Positions 1 through 10,286 are shown, numbered from the stretch's first letter. The stretch is 64,000 nucleotides of DNA from Candidatus Nomurabacteria bacterium GW2011_GWD2_36_14 (GCA_000991405.1 LBRL01000001.1:625841-689840); one strand, 5' to 3'. Notes: generated from the letters alone by a model not told the origin. A program made the numbers and translations.

Positions 1-2
1 TG

Positions 3-161
3 ATTTTACGAGTACCAACAGAATTAAATGAGGAACAAATCAAAGAATTTCAACAGCTATATTTTGAGCGATTTGGAGAAGAAATTTCTAGAGATGAAGC
101 AATCGAAGAAGGATTGAGCTTAATTCGATTAGTAGCTATTGTTATTGATAAAAGTATATGA
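3..161 (+). CDS. Small helical protein upstream of the recombinase (5' end at window edge); candidate accessory/directionality factor
   Basis: Frame 3 reads ILRVPTELNEEQIKEFQQLYFERFGEEISRDEAIEEGLSLIRLVAIVIDKSI*; not in the ORF track because it is truncated. Confidence 0.65.
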   Translation: MLRVPTELNEEQIKEFQQLYFERFGEEISRDEAIEEGLSLIRLVAIVIDKSI

Positions 162-165
162 AGTA

Positions 166-174
166 TGATAAAAT
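166..174 (+). promoter_or_regulatory. Extended -10 promoter (TGaTAAAAT) for the recombinase leader
   Basis: TGnTAAAAT ends 6 nt before the structured leader starting at 181. Confidence 0.45.
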
Positions 175-279
175 AACAACGGCACACAAGATTTATAATT
201 TAAGCCCAGAAAGGGGTAACAGAAAATTTTGTGTGCCAAAACGCTTAAATTATTCTGTTATCCCTTTCTGGTTTCTGCC

Positions 280-1878
280 ATGAGAAATATTGATTTCAAA
301 TATTTTCTCTATGCAAGAAAATCTAGTGAGTCGGAGGATCGCCAAATGGCCTCCATCGAGGATCAGATTGCAGAAGCTAAGAAATTAGCTGAAAAATATA
401 ACATCAATGTAGTTGATGTTATAGAAGAATCAAAATCTGCAAAAGAGCCAGGTCGAGTTGGATTTAATTCGATGCTTAAACGAATTCATAAAGGAGAAGC
501 CCAAGGAATACTTACTTGGAAGCTCAATCGTTTAGCCAGAAATCCAATAGATGGAGGACAAATAAGTTGGATGCTCCAACAGAATATCATCAAACATATT
601 CAGACCTTTGAAAGAGATTATAATCCTACAGACAATGTCTTGCTCATGCAAGTTGAATTTGGTATGGCTAATCAATACGTCAAAGATTTAAGCCTTGATG
701 TTAAAAGAGGAATGCGTCAAAAAGCTGAAAGAGGTTGGTATCCGATACCTCAATTGCCAATTGGATACATGCATAATCCTCTATTCACTCCCGGGGTTGA
801 AAAAGAAATAATTCCAGATGAAGAAAGATTTTTCATTCTTAAAAAGCTATGGAAATTACTTTTAACTGGTAATTATACTGTTGCTGATTTGAGAAGAAAA
901 GGAAATGCTTTGGGGTTGAAAACTAAAGGGAATAAACAATGTCCTCAATCAACTTATTACTACATATTCACTAATGAATTTTATTCCGGTTATTTTTACT
1001 GGCCAAATAAAGATGGTGGGTTAATTTGCCACAGAGGAAAGCATTTGACTATGATTAGCCCTATAGAGTTTCAAAAGGCTCAAATTATACTTAAAGGAGC
1101 AATTCACTCAATAGGGAAAGAGAGAAAATATGATTTTCCATATAGAGGAATTATTAAATGTGGTGAATGTGGATGTATGGTCACACCAGATCATAAATTG
1201 CAGGCTATTTGTACAAATTGCAAGTTCAAATATTCAGTAAAAAATATGGGGAATTGCCCAAGATGTGATACCCCATTCTCGGAAATGAAAAATCCAAGTA
1301 TAATCGACATCCTTTATTATCACTGTTCTAAAAGCAAGGGAAAATGCTCTCAGGGGTCAATTACAAGAGATGAGATTGACTCTGTAATTGAAAAATCAAT
1401 AGGAGAGATATCAATCTCTAAGGATTACTATCAGTGGTCAATGAATAGATTGAAGGATGGTAATAATAAGGTTGATATACAGGAGGATGAAAAGATAATA
1501 AAGGGACTACTGAAAAAGAAAACTGAACTTGGTAATCGTCTTTTTGAATTAGTAAATCTTCTGGCTGATTGTAAAATCAATTCCGAACAATTCAATTTAT
1601 CTACCTCAAAAACTCAAAAGGAAATATTCTCTATTGAATATGAGATTGAGGAAATTAGTAATAGAAATATCAGGTGGTTCGAGGAAACTAAAAAGGATTA
1701 TAATCTTATGTTGAACGTTCTTGAAAAATTCAAAAATGGTGGAGATCTGGTTAAAACTGAGATAGCTAGGGAGCTATCTTCGAACCTAATTTTAATGGAC
1801 AAAAAGCTTTATTTCACAATGAAAAAATCGTTTTTTGATATTAAGAAGAACCTTACTCTTTGCACCGCAAAAAATTAA
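280..1878 (+). CDS. Large serine recombinase (resolvase + recombinase + Zn-ribbon domains)
   Basis: YARKSSE catalytic motif, SAKEPGR, RLARN, CGECG and YYHC zinc motifs, coiled coil; ATG 280 preferred over TTG 229. Confidence 0.93.
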   Translation: MRNIDFKYFLYARKSSESEDRQMASIEDQIAEAKKLAEKYNINVVDVIEESKSAKEPGRVGFNSMLKRIHKGEAQGILTWKLNRLARNPIDGGQISWMLQQNIIKHIQTFERDYNPTDNVLLMQVEFGMANQYVKDLSLDVKRGMRQKAERGWYPIPQLPIGYMHNPLFTPGVEKEIIPDEERFFILKKLWKLLLTGNYTVADLRRKGNALGLKTKGNKQCPQSTYYYIFTNEFYSGYFYWPNKDGGLICHRGKHLTMISPIEFQKAQIILKGAIHSIGKERKYDFPYRGIIKCGECGCMVTPDHKLQAICTNCKFKYSVKNMGNCPRCDTPFSEMKNPSIIDILYYHCSKSKGKCSQGSITRDEIDSVIEKSIGEISISKDYYQWSMNRLKDGNNKVDIQEDEKIIKGLLKKKTELGNRLFELVNLLADCKINSEQFNLSTSKTQKEIFSIEYEIEEISNRNIRWFEETKKDYNLMLNVLEKFKNGGDLVKTEIARELSSNLILMDKKLYFTMKKSFFDIKKNLTLCTAKN

Positions 1879-1948
1879 CCTTCGAACCTACTTTTACCAT
1901 TAAAAAATAAGGGTAAAATGTAGTTTCTGGGCGAATATTCTAATCGTG

Positions 1949-2021
1949 TCCTCTCGGTAGGAATCGAACCTACGACCATCTCCTTAAAAGGGAGCTGCTC
2001 TACCAACTGAGCTACGAGAGG
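1949..2021 (-). tRNA. tRNA-Lys(TTT)
   Basis: Acceptor CCTCTCG/CGAGAGG, anticodon loop CTTTTAA, GGTTCGATTCC T-arm. Confidence 0.95.
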
Positions 2022-2116
2022 GGGGGGTTAAAAGGATACTTAACAAAAAGTACCATATTTAAGGGATAAAATCAATAGAATTCTAATGAGGACTATGACT
2101 ATGATATAATCAAAAT

Positions 2117-2989
2117 ATGAGTAACATACCAACAAAAAAATTAAATAATGGTTTTGAAATGCCAGTTTTAGGTTTTGGAACTTGGGAGATGGGAGGTAGA
2201 TTTGAAAGAGAGGATAATTACGATGAAAGTAATGACATACAAGCCATTAAGAAAACCATTGAACTAGGTGGTTCTCGTTTTGATACGGCTGAAATGTATG
2301 CCAAAGGTTACAGTGAAGAAATATTAGGCAAGGCACTTAATGAATATGATAGATCTAAGCTATTTATAACATCAAAAGTTACTGCTACTAATTTGGGATA
2401 TGATAGTGTTATATCATCTTGTAAGGCAAGTTTAGCTCGTCTCCAGATGGATTATTTAGATTTATATCTTATCCATGCACCAAATCCAGATATACCAATT
2501 GAAGAAACAATGCGAGCTTTTGATTATCTCAAAGATCAAGGACTGATTAAAAACATAGGTGTTTGCAACTTTAATGTTGAACGACTAATGGAAGCTCAAA
2601 ATCAAACTAAAAATAAAATTGTTTTGAACCAAGTTCATTATAATTTAATATTTAGAGAACCTATTAAAAAGGGAGTTGTTGAATATTGTCAAAATAATGA
2701 TATTTTTATTGAAGCATGGAGACCAGTTCAACAAGGAAGTTTGGCTAAAAAGGGGATTGATATTGTCGATAAATTGTGTGAGAAATATAATAAAACACCA
2801 GCCCAGATTGCCATTAACTGGCTTGTATCACAGAAGAATGTTATTACTCTGGTTAAAGCTAGTAATATAAAACACTTAGAAGAAGATATTGGTGCTGTTG
2901 GTTGGAGTATGTCCGACGAAGATGTTCTATTATTAACAAATAATTATCCTATACAGCTTGATAGGAGTAACGCTGTTCAACTTAAATAA
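2117..2989 (+). CDS. Aldo/keto reductase
   Basis: LGFGTW, DTAEMY, LDLYLIHAP, IGVCNF motifs. Confidence 0.92.
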   Translation: MSNIPTKKLNNGFEMPVLGFGTWEMGGRFEREDNYDESNDIQAIKKTIELGGSRFDTAEMYAKGYSEEILGKALNEYDRSKLFITSKVTATNLGYDSVISSCKASLARLQMDYLDLYLIHAPNPDIPIEETMRAFDYLKDQGLIKNIGVCNFNVERLMEAQNQTKNKIVLNQVHYNLIFREPIKKGVVEYCQNNDIFIEAWRPVQQGSLAKKGIDIVDKLCEKYNKTPAQIAINWLVSQKNVITLVKASNIKHLEEDIGAVGWSMSDEDVLLLTNNYPIQLDRSNAVQLK

Positions 2990-2990
2990 C

Positions 2991-3686
2991 ATGAACCCAA
3001 CTGAAATTAAAAGATTTTTTACTTCAGCTATTTTTGAATATAGTATTGCTTTTCTATTTCTCATTTATTTACTAACCTATAATTTACTAGGACTACCTCC
3101 GGTAGAAGATTTATTTAAATTAATGGAAGTAGCATTTCAACAATATGGTTTGGCTTTGTTATTTTTTGGTTTAATTATTGAGGGTTTATTTATGGTTGGT
3201 TTTTATTTTCCAGGGTCAGTTGTAGCTTTCGGTGCTGTTATTTTTCTCGGGAAAACATATATTGATATTCTTCTTATTATTTTAATAGGGAGTATAGCCT
3301 TAATTTTAGTGAACATTTTAAATTATATGCTTGGAAAGCATGGATATTATAAATTATTAGAGAAGTTTGGGGCTAAGGGTACTATTGAACGAATGAAAAT
3401 AAGATTTGATAAAAATAAGAATGGAACAATATTATTGTTTTCTTCTTCACCTAATTTTCTTGCTATCATAAGTATCTATGCAGGTATTGTTAAAACAAAT
3501 TTGAAAGAATATCTAAGATTTATTTCTCTTTGTATTTTATTTTGGGTATCATTAGTAAGTGCAATTATATTTATTTTCTTCCATAATATTAATTTTAAAG
3601 ATTCAAAATTTGGCTGGATTTCTTTCTTTATTATATTAGCTTGGGCTATATGGGAAAGTATTTTTTCTTTTATAAAAGAAAAATAG
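2991..3686 (+). CDS. DedA/VTT family membrane protein
   Basis: EGLFMVGFYFPGS motif, several TM helices; ATG at 2991. Confidence 0.75.
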   Translation: MNPTEIKRFFTSAIFEYSIAFLFLIYLLTYNLLGLPPVEDLFKLMEVAFQQYGLALLFFGLIIEGLFMVGFYFPGSVVAFGAVIFLGKTYIDILLIILIGSIALILVNILNYMLGKHGYYKLLEKFGAKGTIERMKIRFDKNKNGTILLFSSSPNFLAIISIYAGIVKTNLKEYLRFISLCILFWVSLVSAIIFIFFHNINFKDSKFGWISFFIILAWAIWESIFSFIKEK

Positions 3687-3741
3687 ACTAAAATTGATAT
3701 TTTGTTTCAGGGGGCTGGTTTATCCATGTTATAATTCCAAT

Positions 3742-4488
3742 ATGAAACTAATTCACGAAATTCGGGCGGTAAAAAGTAAAAAGGAGTTAGAAAATATAAC
3801 AAAAGCTCAGAGGATAAGCGAGAGGGTTTTAGGGGATGTTCTTGGAGTCTTGAAAGAAGGAATTACTGAAATAAAAGTTCGAGACTTTATTGTAAAATCT
3901 TTTATCAAGTATAAAGCACCTATACTTTCTTTTGAACCCATTGTGGCTTTTGGTAAAAATACGGCAAATATTCATCATCAAAATCCTACACGAAATAAAT
4001 TAAAAAAAGGAGACATGATAATGTTTGATTTTGGATGCACTGTGAACCACTATTGCTCAGATATGTCGCGCACGTATTTTTTTGATAAGCCAAACCAGAA
4101 ACAAGAGAAAATATATAAAGCTGTTTTGGAAGTTCAAGAATTGGTGATAAGTAGAATTGCAAAAGGGGAGCGAAGGGCAAAAGTCTTAGATAAACTGGCT
4201 CGTAACTTTCTAAATAAGAGATTTAAAATTAAAGAAAAAGACAAATTAACCGATGGGTTTGTCCATGGGCTGGGGCATGGAGTAGGTACTGTAATTCACG
4301 AATGGCCAAACTTAAAACCAAAAAGCGAAGATTTCCTCCCTGTCGGTTGTGTGGTAACGGTGGAACCGGGACTTTATTTTAAGGGTTTTGGGGGAGTGAG
4401 AATCGAAGATATGGTCTTAATAACCCAAAAAGGTTGCAAGAATTTAACAAAAGCTCCTAAAGATATTGAAAGTATGATTTTAAGATAA
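3742..4488 (+). CDS. Xaa-Pro peptidase, M24 family (catalytic domain only)
   Basis: DFG...YCSDMSRT, HGLGHGVG, EPGLY, GVRIED motifs. Confidence 0.9.
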   Translation: MKLIHEIRAVKSKKELENITKAQRISERVLGDVLGVLKEGITEIKVRDFIVKSFIKYKAPILSFEPIVAFGKNTANIHHQNPTRNKLKKGDMIMFDFGCTVNHYCSDMSRTYFFDKPNQKQEKIYKAVLEVQELVISRIAKGERRAKVLDKLARNFLNKRFKIKEKDKLTDGFVHGLGHGVGTVIHEWPNLKPKSEDFLPVGCVVTVEPGLYFKGFGGVRIEDMVLITQKGCKNLTKAPKDIESMILR

Positions 4489-4515
4489 ATCAGAAATTTT
4501 TGGTATAATCATTAT

Positions 4516-5511
4516 ATGAAACATATAATACCACCAAAATTAAAAAAGGGAGACGAAGTAAGAGTTATCGCTCCTTCACGAAGTTTAGCTTTGGTGACAG
4601 AAGAAAACATAAAATTGGCAAAAGAAAATCTTGAAAAACAAGGATATAAAGTAACCTTTTCTAAAAACTGCAGAGAAAGTGATATGTTTATGTCTTCCCC
4701 TATAAAATCTAGGGTAGAAGATTTACATCAAGCTTTTAAGGATAAAAAAGTTAAAGCCATTTTAACTGTAATTGGAGGTTTTAATTCAAATGAATTATTA
4801 CCATATTTAGATTACAAGTTAATTAAAGATAATCCAAAGATTTTGTGTGGCTATTCTGATATAACCGCTTTGGCAAATGCAATTACAGCTAAAACTGGAT
4901 TGGTTACTTACTCAGGATTGCACTTCTCGACTTGGGCTATGAAGAAAGGATTTGAATATAATCTAGAATATTTTAACAAGTGTTTAGTTGAAGATAAAAA
5001 GTACCTAGTTGAAGCTTCTAAACTATGGTCAGACGATCCTTGGTATAGAGATCAAGAGAATAGAAAATTTGAAAAAAATGAAGGATATGTAGTTATAAAT
5101 AAAGGAGAAGCAGAGGGTACCATATTAGGTGGTAATTTATGTACTCTAAACTTATTACAAGGAACAGAATTTATGCCAGAAATATCAAATGCAATTCTTT
5201 TTCTTGAAGATGACGATATGACAGGAAGTTTCTTTGGAGTAGAGTTTAATAGAAATTTACAATCATTAATTCATCAACCTAATTTCAAGAAAGTTAAAGG
5301 TATTGTTGTTGGAAGATTTCAAAAGAAAGCAGAAATGACCATAGAGAAGTTAAAATTTATAATTCAGACTAAAAAAGAATTAAAATCTATACCAATTATT
5401 GCAAATGCTGATTTTGGCCACTCAAACCCCTTTATTACATTTCCTATAGGAGGAATAATAAAAATATCAGCATTAAAAGGGAAGGCTAAAATTGAAATAT
5501 TAAAACACTAA
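4516..5511 (+). CDS. S66 family LD-carboxypeptidase / MccF-like
   Basis: IAPS, GYSDIT, GGNL, FLEDD, DFGH motifs. Confidence 0.92.
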   Translation: MKHIIPPKLKKGDEVRVIAPSRSLALVTEENIKLAKENLEKQGYKVTFSKNCRESDMFMSSPIKSRVEDLHQAFKDKKVKAILTVIGGFNSNELLPYLDYKLIKDNPKILCGYSDITALANAITAKTGLVTYSGLHFSTWAMKKGFEYNLEYFNKCLVEDKKYLVEASKLWSDDPWYRDQENRKFEKNEGYVVINKGEAEGTILGGNLCTLNLLQGTEFMPEISNAILFLEDDDMTGSFFGVEFNRNLQSLIHQPNFKKVKGIVVGRFQKKAEMTIEKLKFIIQTKKELKSIPIIANADFGHSNPFITFPIGGIIKISALKGKAKIEILKH

Positions 5512-5517
5512 AATAGA

Positions 5518-6084
5518 ATGAAGAAACAAGATAAAAAGTTAATAATGTTTATTGGGAAAACTCATTCTGGTAAAACTACTTTTGCTAAAGAGTTAGAGGG
5601 AATAAAAAAAGATATATTGGTTTTAGAAGCTGATCCAGTAGCCTTATTTATGAGGGAAAATTTTCCTAAATTAAGAGAATTGGACGATAAGGAGCATTCT
5701 GGTATATTTAAAAATGTATCATTAAAATATAGATTATTTCTATTACTCATAGAGTTTTCTATGTCTTTTGGTAGAACAATTATTTTATCTAACTCAAATA
5801 TGTATGAGAGAGGTAGGAAATTGGTCTTTAGGTTGGTTAAAAAATATGACTATAAAATAATTGGAGTTTATTTTAATTTTCCTGAAGAATTTCTTATTAA
5901 TAGAATTAAAAAATCTAAAAGAACAACGAAAATTTTAAGAGTTTCAAAAGATTTTAATGAATTAATTATTAATCAAAGGACAAGAATGCAAGCTCCAAAT
6001 TCTAAGAATTTTGATGAATTCTACATAATAAAATCTGAAGATGATTTGATTAAGGTTAAAAATAATTTAATTAAAATATTATGA
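5518..6084 (+). CDS. P-loop kinase (AAA_33-like)
   Basis: N-terminal Walker A GKTHSGKTT. Confidence 0.75.
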   Translation: MKKQDKKLIMFIGKTHSGKTTFAKELEGIKKDILVLEADPVALFMRENFPKLRELDDKEHSGIFKNVSLKYRLFLLLIEFSMSFGRTIILSNSNMYERGRKLVFRLVKKYDYKIIGVYFNFPEEFLINRIKKSKRTTKILRVSKDFNELIINQRTRMQAPNSKNFDEFYIIKSEDDLIKVKNNLIKIL

Positions 6085-7826
6085 ACCCAGAAACAAGGAA
6101 TTGTCAGAATTGTAAGCTTAATTTCACCATAGAGCCCGATGATTTCTCTTTCTATGAGAAAATGAAAGTTCCATCACCCACCTTTTGTCCAGAGTGTAGG
6201 TTAATTCGCCGTATGGCGACCTTCAATGTTCGTAATATTTATAATCGAAAGTGTGATAATTGTGGGGGAAACACTGTTTCCATCTTTAATCCAAAAGCCC
6301 CATACAAAAATTGGTGTTTTGGGTGTTACTTCTCTGATGAATTTGATCCATCTTTGTATGGGACAGATTATGACTTTTCCACTAACTTTTTTACTCAATA
6401 TGAGAAGTTAAGAAGGAATGTTCCTCTACTCTGCTTGGAACAATCAGGCAATAATAGTGGCGGATGTGAATACGCTAACTATACTTATAGTAGTAAGAAT
6501 ATTTATCTGTCTCATAATGTCGCTAGCTCAGAAGATGTCTACTATTCAGTATTTGTAAACAAGAAGAATAGAATGTGCTTCGACTCACTTTCTTTTAGAG
6601 AAGATGAGCTTTGTTATGAAGTTGTGGATTCAAATCATTCTTATGATTGTTCATATCTAACACGATCAGATTCATGCATAAGTTCTTCCTTCCTTTTTAA
6701 TTGTTCAAATTGCCAGAATTGCTTTATGTCGTCGAATCAGCAGAAGCAGAATTACATTTTTAGAAATAAGAAGCTTTCAAAGAGTGAATACGAAGAAGCT
6801 ATTTCAAAAGAAAACCTGCACTCTTATGATTCATGGAAAAAGCTAGTTGAGGAATATAATAAATTAATGAAGGATTCAATAGTTTGCTTCTCTAAACAGA
6901 CAAATGCAGTTGATTGCACTGGGGATATTATTGAAAATTCTAAAAATTGCCGATCTTCTTTTTATATTTGGAAATCAGAGAATATTAAATTTGTTACTTA
7001 TTCAGTTAATTCTGTAATGGATTCATACGATATTCTTGATTCAGGAAGAGGGGAAAGAATGTATGAATCAATATGTAGTGGGAGAGGGAATTATGAGATT
7101 GCCTTCTCTTCTCGTGTTTTTGGTTCGACGTATACATATTATAGTGAAGGGTGCATTGATTGTAAAAATATATTTGGATGTGTTGGATTAAGAAAAAAAG
7201 AATATTGTATTTTAAATAAACAATACACAAAGGAGGAATACGAGGAAATATTGCCTAAAATAATTAAACATATGGACGATATGCCTTATGTTGATAAAAA
7301 TAATTGCACATATAGTTTTGGAGAATTTTTTCCAATAGAGATTTCTCCTTTCGCTTACAACGAAACAATGGCTTATGAACAGTTCCCGCTATCAAAAGAG
7401 CAAGCCATAGAGAAAAATTATAAATGGTTTGATGATGTAGGAAGAAACCATGAAGCTACATTAGAGTATACAAATATTCCAGATGATATTTTAGAGGTAA
7501 ATGATTCTATATTAAAAGAAACTATCAGCTGTGAACACGGAGGAGAATGTAGTCACCAATGTACAAAAGCATTTCGGATTCTTCCAGAAGAATTACAATT
7601 CTATAAGCGCATGAATTTACCTCTTCCAAGAATTTGCCCAAACTGTCGTTATTTTATAAGATTAGAAAGGGCTCTGCCTTGGAAATTGTGGTCTAGGGTT
7701 TGTATGTGCAGTAAAGACAATCATGACCACACAGGATTATGTGAGGTTCAATTTGAAACTCCATATTCTCCTGATAGACCGGAAGTTATTTATTGTAAAA
7801 AGTGCTTTCAAAAAGAGGTTTATTAA
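6081..7826 (+). CDS. Cys-rich ~570 aa paralog 1 (terminal Zn-ribbons, CxxC-rich core)
   Basis: CQNC...PTFCPECR N-terminus; FGCVGLRKKEYCILNKQY; GEFFP; C-terminal ETPYSPDRPEVIYCKKCFQKEVY; four paralogs in window. Confidence 0.85.
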   Translation: MNPETRNCQNCKLNFTIEPDDFSFYEKMKVPSPTFCPECRLIRRMATFNVRNIYNRKCDNCGGNTVSIFNPKAPYKNWCFGCYFSDEFDPSLYGTDYDFSTNFFTQYEKLRRNVPLLCLEQSGNNSGGCEYANYTYSSKNIYLSHNVASSEDVYYSVFVNKKNRMCFDSLSFREDELCYEVVDSNHSYDCSYLTRSDSCISSSFLFNCSNCQNCFMSSNQQKQNYIFRNKKLSKSEYEEAISKENLHSYDSWKKLVEEYNKLMKDSIVCFSKQTNAVDCTGDIIENSKNCRSSFYIWKSENIKFVTYSVNSVMDSYDILDSGRGERMYESICSGRGNYEIAFSSRVFGSTYTYYSEGCIDCKNIFGCVGLRKKEYCILNKQYTKEEYEEILPKIIKHMDDMPYVDKNNCTYSFGEFFPIEISPFAYNETMAYEQFPLSKEQAIEKNYKWFDDVGRNHEATLEYTNIPDDILEVNDSILKETISCEHGGECSHQCTKAFRILPEELQFYKRMNLPLPRICPNCRYFIRLERALPWKLWSRVCMCSKDNHDHTGLCEVQFETPYSPDRPEVIYCKKCFQKEVY

Positions 7827-7842
7827 ATTATTATAAAATAAT

Positions 7843-8415
7843 ATGAAACTAGAAACAAAAAGATTAATATTGAGAAAGCATAAAATGAGTGACTGGGAAG
7901 ATCTCGTTGAGGGGATAGGGAATTATGATGTAGCTAAGATGATAACGAAAGTACCATATCCATATACAAAGAAGGATGCTGAATATTATATTAAAAAAAG
8001 ATTAAAAATATGGAAGAAAAAGGTAATAGATGATTATGTTTTTGTAATGGAATTAAAATCAGAGAAAAAGGTTATAGGGGCTATAGGTTTGCACAAGGTA
8101 AATTTCTTTCATGGAGTTGGTACTACTTCCTCATGGGTAAATAAAAAATATTGGAGAAAAGGATATGCGACAGAAGCAAAGATTGCTATTAATGATTTTG
8201 CCTTTAATGAATTAAAACTACGTAGAATTGAATCGGGTTCCTTTTCCAACAATATAGCTTCGAACGCTCTTCAATTGAAGATGGGTTTCAAATTTGAGGG
8301 AACCAAAAGAAAAAATGTTAGATGCATGACCACAGGTAAAATACATGATGAAAATATATATGGCTTAATGAAGGAGGAATGGAAGAAAGCACGATCTAAG
8401 CTTATTAAGAAATAA
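7843..8415 (+). CDS. GNAT N-acetyltransferase (RimJ/RimL type)
   Basis: LETKRLILR, YWRKGYATEA, NIASNALQLKMGFKFEG. Confidence 0.9.
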   Translation: MKLETKRLILRKHKMSDWEDLVEGIGNYDVAKMITKVPYPYTKKDAEYYIKKRLKIWKKKVIDDYVFVMELKSEKKVIGAIGLHKVNFFHGVGTTSSWVNKKYWRKGYATEAKIAINDFAFNELKLRRIESGSFSNNIASNALQLKMGFKFEGTKRKNVRCMTTGKIHDENIYGLMKEEWKKARSKLIKK

Positions 8416-8421
8416 AGTGAT

Positions 8422-9453
8422 ATGAAATACTATACACAACATGAAGGAAAAGTTATTGAGATGGATGACAGGTTTAAGCATGTCATGGCGATAACTCTTA
8501 ATCCTAGAAAGGATTACAAAGAAGGCATAGTAAGATGTATAACAAGTCGTGAGGGTGATGTGCACATAAAAGGGTATACAGATAGAAGCGAATTATTTAA
8601 AATAAGTGGTGATTCTCTTGAACAATTTAAAATTGGTGAGCGTTTAAATATAAAAAATGAAAAGGAAATTATAAGCCAGCTTGTAGAACCTGATTGGGAA
8701 TTTATTGGATTAGAAGACCCTGATATTTATATAGATGAAAAAACTGATTTGATGCATGTATACTTTACAATTCCTATTAAATACAAAGATAAAAGTAAAA
8801 AAATTAAAATTCATTTGGGACATGCCGTAGGGAAAGATTTAGATTCATTAGAAATGACTATGCCTGTTTTACTTGATATTGGAAATATGAGTGCAAAAGA
8901 AGTTTCTATTGCACCAATAAATAAAAATGGATTTCGTTACAATCTCATTGAATCAAGAGATAAACAAAAAGAGGCAACTTATTCTGTTGTTCAGGTTGCT
9001 ATTGCAAAAGATATGGAGAAAGATTGGCAGTATGGAGATATTGTCTTTCATCCAAGAGAACACAACATACTTTGGGTTGGTGGGCATGCTTCACCTGGGC
9101 CACTTTTGCCAAAAAGCTTTATAGATATAGGAGAAGGGAAGAGGCTTGGTATTATGAATGGTCGTGAAGAGAATATAAATATGCCAGATGGGGTAGTAAA
9201 GTATGGGATGTTCTCTGTGGGGCTCTTTGTGTATGATTATGAAAATGGTGTGATAGAATGGGTATCACCTTTACCATTTATTCAAGATAGTGAAGCTACT
9301 ACTATTACCTTTGCTAGCCAATTTGTAGAAACAAGTAAAGGTGAAGGTGTGTTGTATGCCCATGTAGATGATTCATTTGTGAGGGCGTATGATTTAAAAG
9401 TAGATGAAGTTAAACAATTTTTGAAATATAACAATTATGAAATTAAAAATTAG
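8422..9453 (+). CDS. Five-bladed beta-propeller glycoside hydrolase-like protein (GH130-related)
   Basis: GLEDPDI motif, ITFASQFV, LYAHVDDS. Confidence 0.55.
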   Translation: MKYYTQHEGKVIEMDDRFKHVMAITLNPRKDYKEGIVRCITSREGDVHIKGYTDRSELFKISGDSLEQFKIGERLNIKNEKEIISQLVEPDWEFIGLEDPDIYIDEKTDLMHVYFTIPIKYKDKSKKIKIHLGHAVGKDLDSLEMTMPVLLDIGNMSAKEVSIAPINKNGFRYNLIESRDKQKEATYSVVQVAIAKDMEKDWQYGDIVFHPREHNILWVGGHASPGPLLPKSFIDIGEGKRLGIMNGREENINMPDGVVKYGMFSVGLFVYDYENGVIEWVSPLPFIQDSEATTITFASQFVETSKGEGVLYAHVDDSFVRAYDLKVDEVKQFLKYNNYEIKN

Positions 9454-9922
9454 TGAACCTAAAAATATTCTTATCTTGCCTGATATTCGTTCGGCGATAA
9501 ATGTGGGGGCGATATTTAGGACAGCGGATGCGGTGGGGATAGACATGATATATCTAGTAGGGTGTACCCCAAGACCTAACGACCAGTACGGTCGTATACA
9601 GAAGGATATAGCTAAGTCGGCGCTTGGAGCAGAGACGTGGATAAAGTGGGAGTATAAGGAAAAGCTAGTGCCTTTAATAAAAAAGCTAAAGAAAGAAGGA
9701 TATGAAATAGTGGCACTAGAGCAAAGTGAAAAGTCTATTGATTATAGGAAATATAAAAAGCCACTAAAGATGGCCTTCATACTCGGTCCCGAAGTGATAG
9801 GCTTGGATAAAAAAGTATTGAAAATTTGCGACAAAGTAGTAGAAATACCGATGCATGGGAAGAAGGAGTCTCTCAATGTATCTGTAGCTACTGGAGTGGC
9901 ACTATTTAGGATATTGAGGTAG
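9437..9922 (+). CDS. TrmH/SpoU RNA methyltransferase
   Basis: NVGAIFRTADA, GPEVIG, IPMHGKKESLNVSVA. Confidence 0.92.
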   Translation: MKLKISEPKNILILPDIRSAINVGAIFRTADAVGIDMIYLVGCTPRPNDQYGRIQKDIAKSALGAETWIKWEYKEKLVPLIKKLKKEGYEIVALEQSEKSIDYRKYKKPLKMAFILGPEVIGLDKKVLKICDKVVEIPMHGKKESLNVSVATGVALFRILR

Positions 9923-9963
9923 AAAAAAGTAATTTAGAAAAAATAAAACACTTCATAAAAATA

Positions 9964-10050
9964 TTCTCGGACTCACCACGCATATTTCCCTGCTAGGAAA
10001 TTGCTCTTCTCGCCCCGTCGGTCTGCGAAAGGGTTCGCTCGAGAACATTT
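9964..10050. repeat. Structured intergenic repeat family A, copy 1
   Basis: Shares TTCTCGGACTCACCAC and GGGTTCGCTCGAGAACATTT with 38015-38104. Confidence 0.85.
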
Positions 10051-10077
10051 ATTATTACATGTTTTATTTTCTCTAAT

Positions 10078-10275
10078 TTATTGAGTTATTGTTGTACTCT
10101 GTCCTTTTATGAAAGGCTTGTCGGTGTTCTCTGATCTAGGCTTACCAACTAATATCCAAATTACAAAGATAGCTACTAGGAACAATATTAGCTCCATTCC
10201 GAAACTCATTTCACCACCGCTATGATGTGCGGGCTTCTTCTTGATGTCTTTTTTATCTTTTGGTTTTTCTGCCAT
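10078..10275 (-). CDS. Small single-TM hypothetical protein
   Basis: Lys-rich N-terminus, one hydrophobic helix. Confidence 0.65.
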   Translation of the reverse strand: MAEKPKDKKDIKKKPAHHSGGEMSFGMELILFLVAIFVIWILVGKPRSENTDKPFIKGQSTTITQ

Positions 10276-10286
10276 TTGTTTGTTAA

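Noticed and set aside
229-279. TTG start extending the recombinase
   Set aside because: Lies inside the structured leader; ATG 280 gives the usual distance to the YARKS motif.
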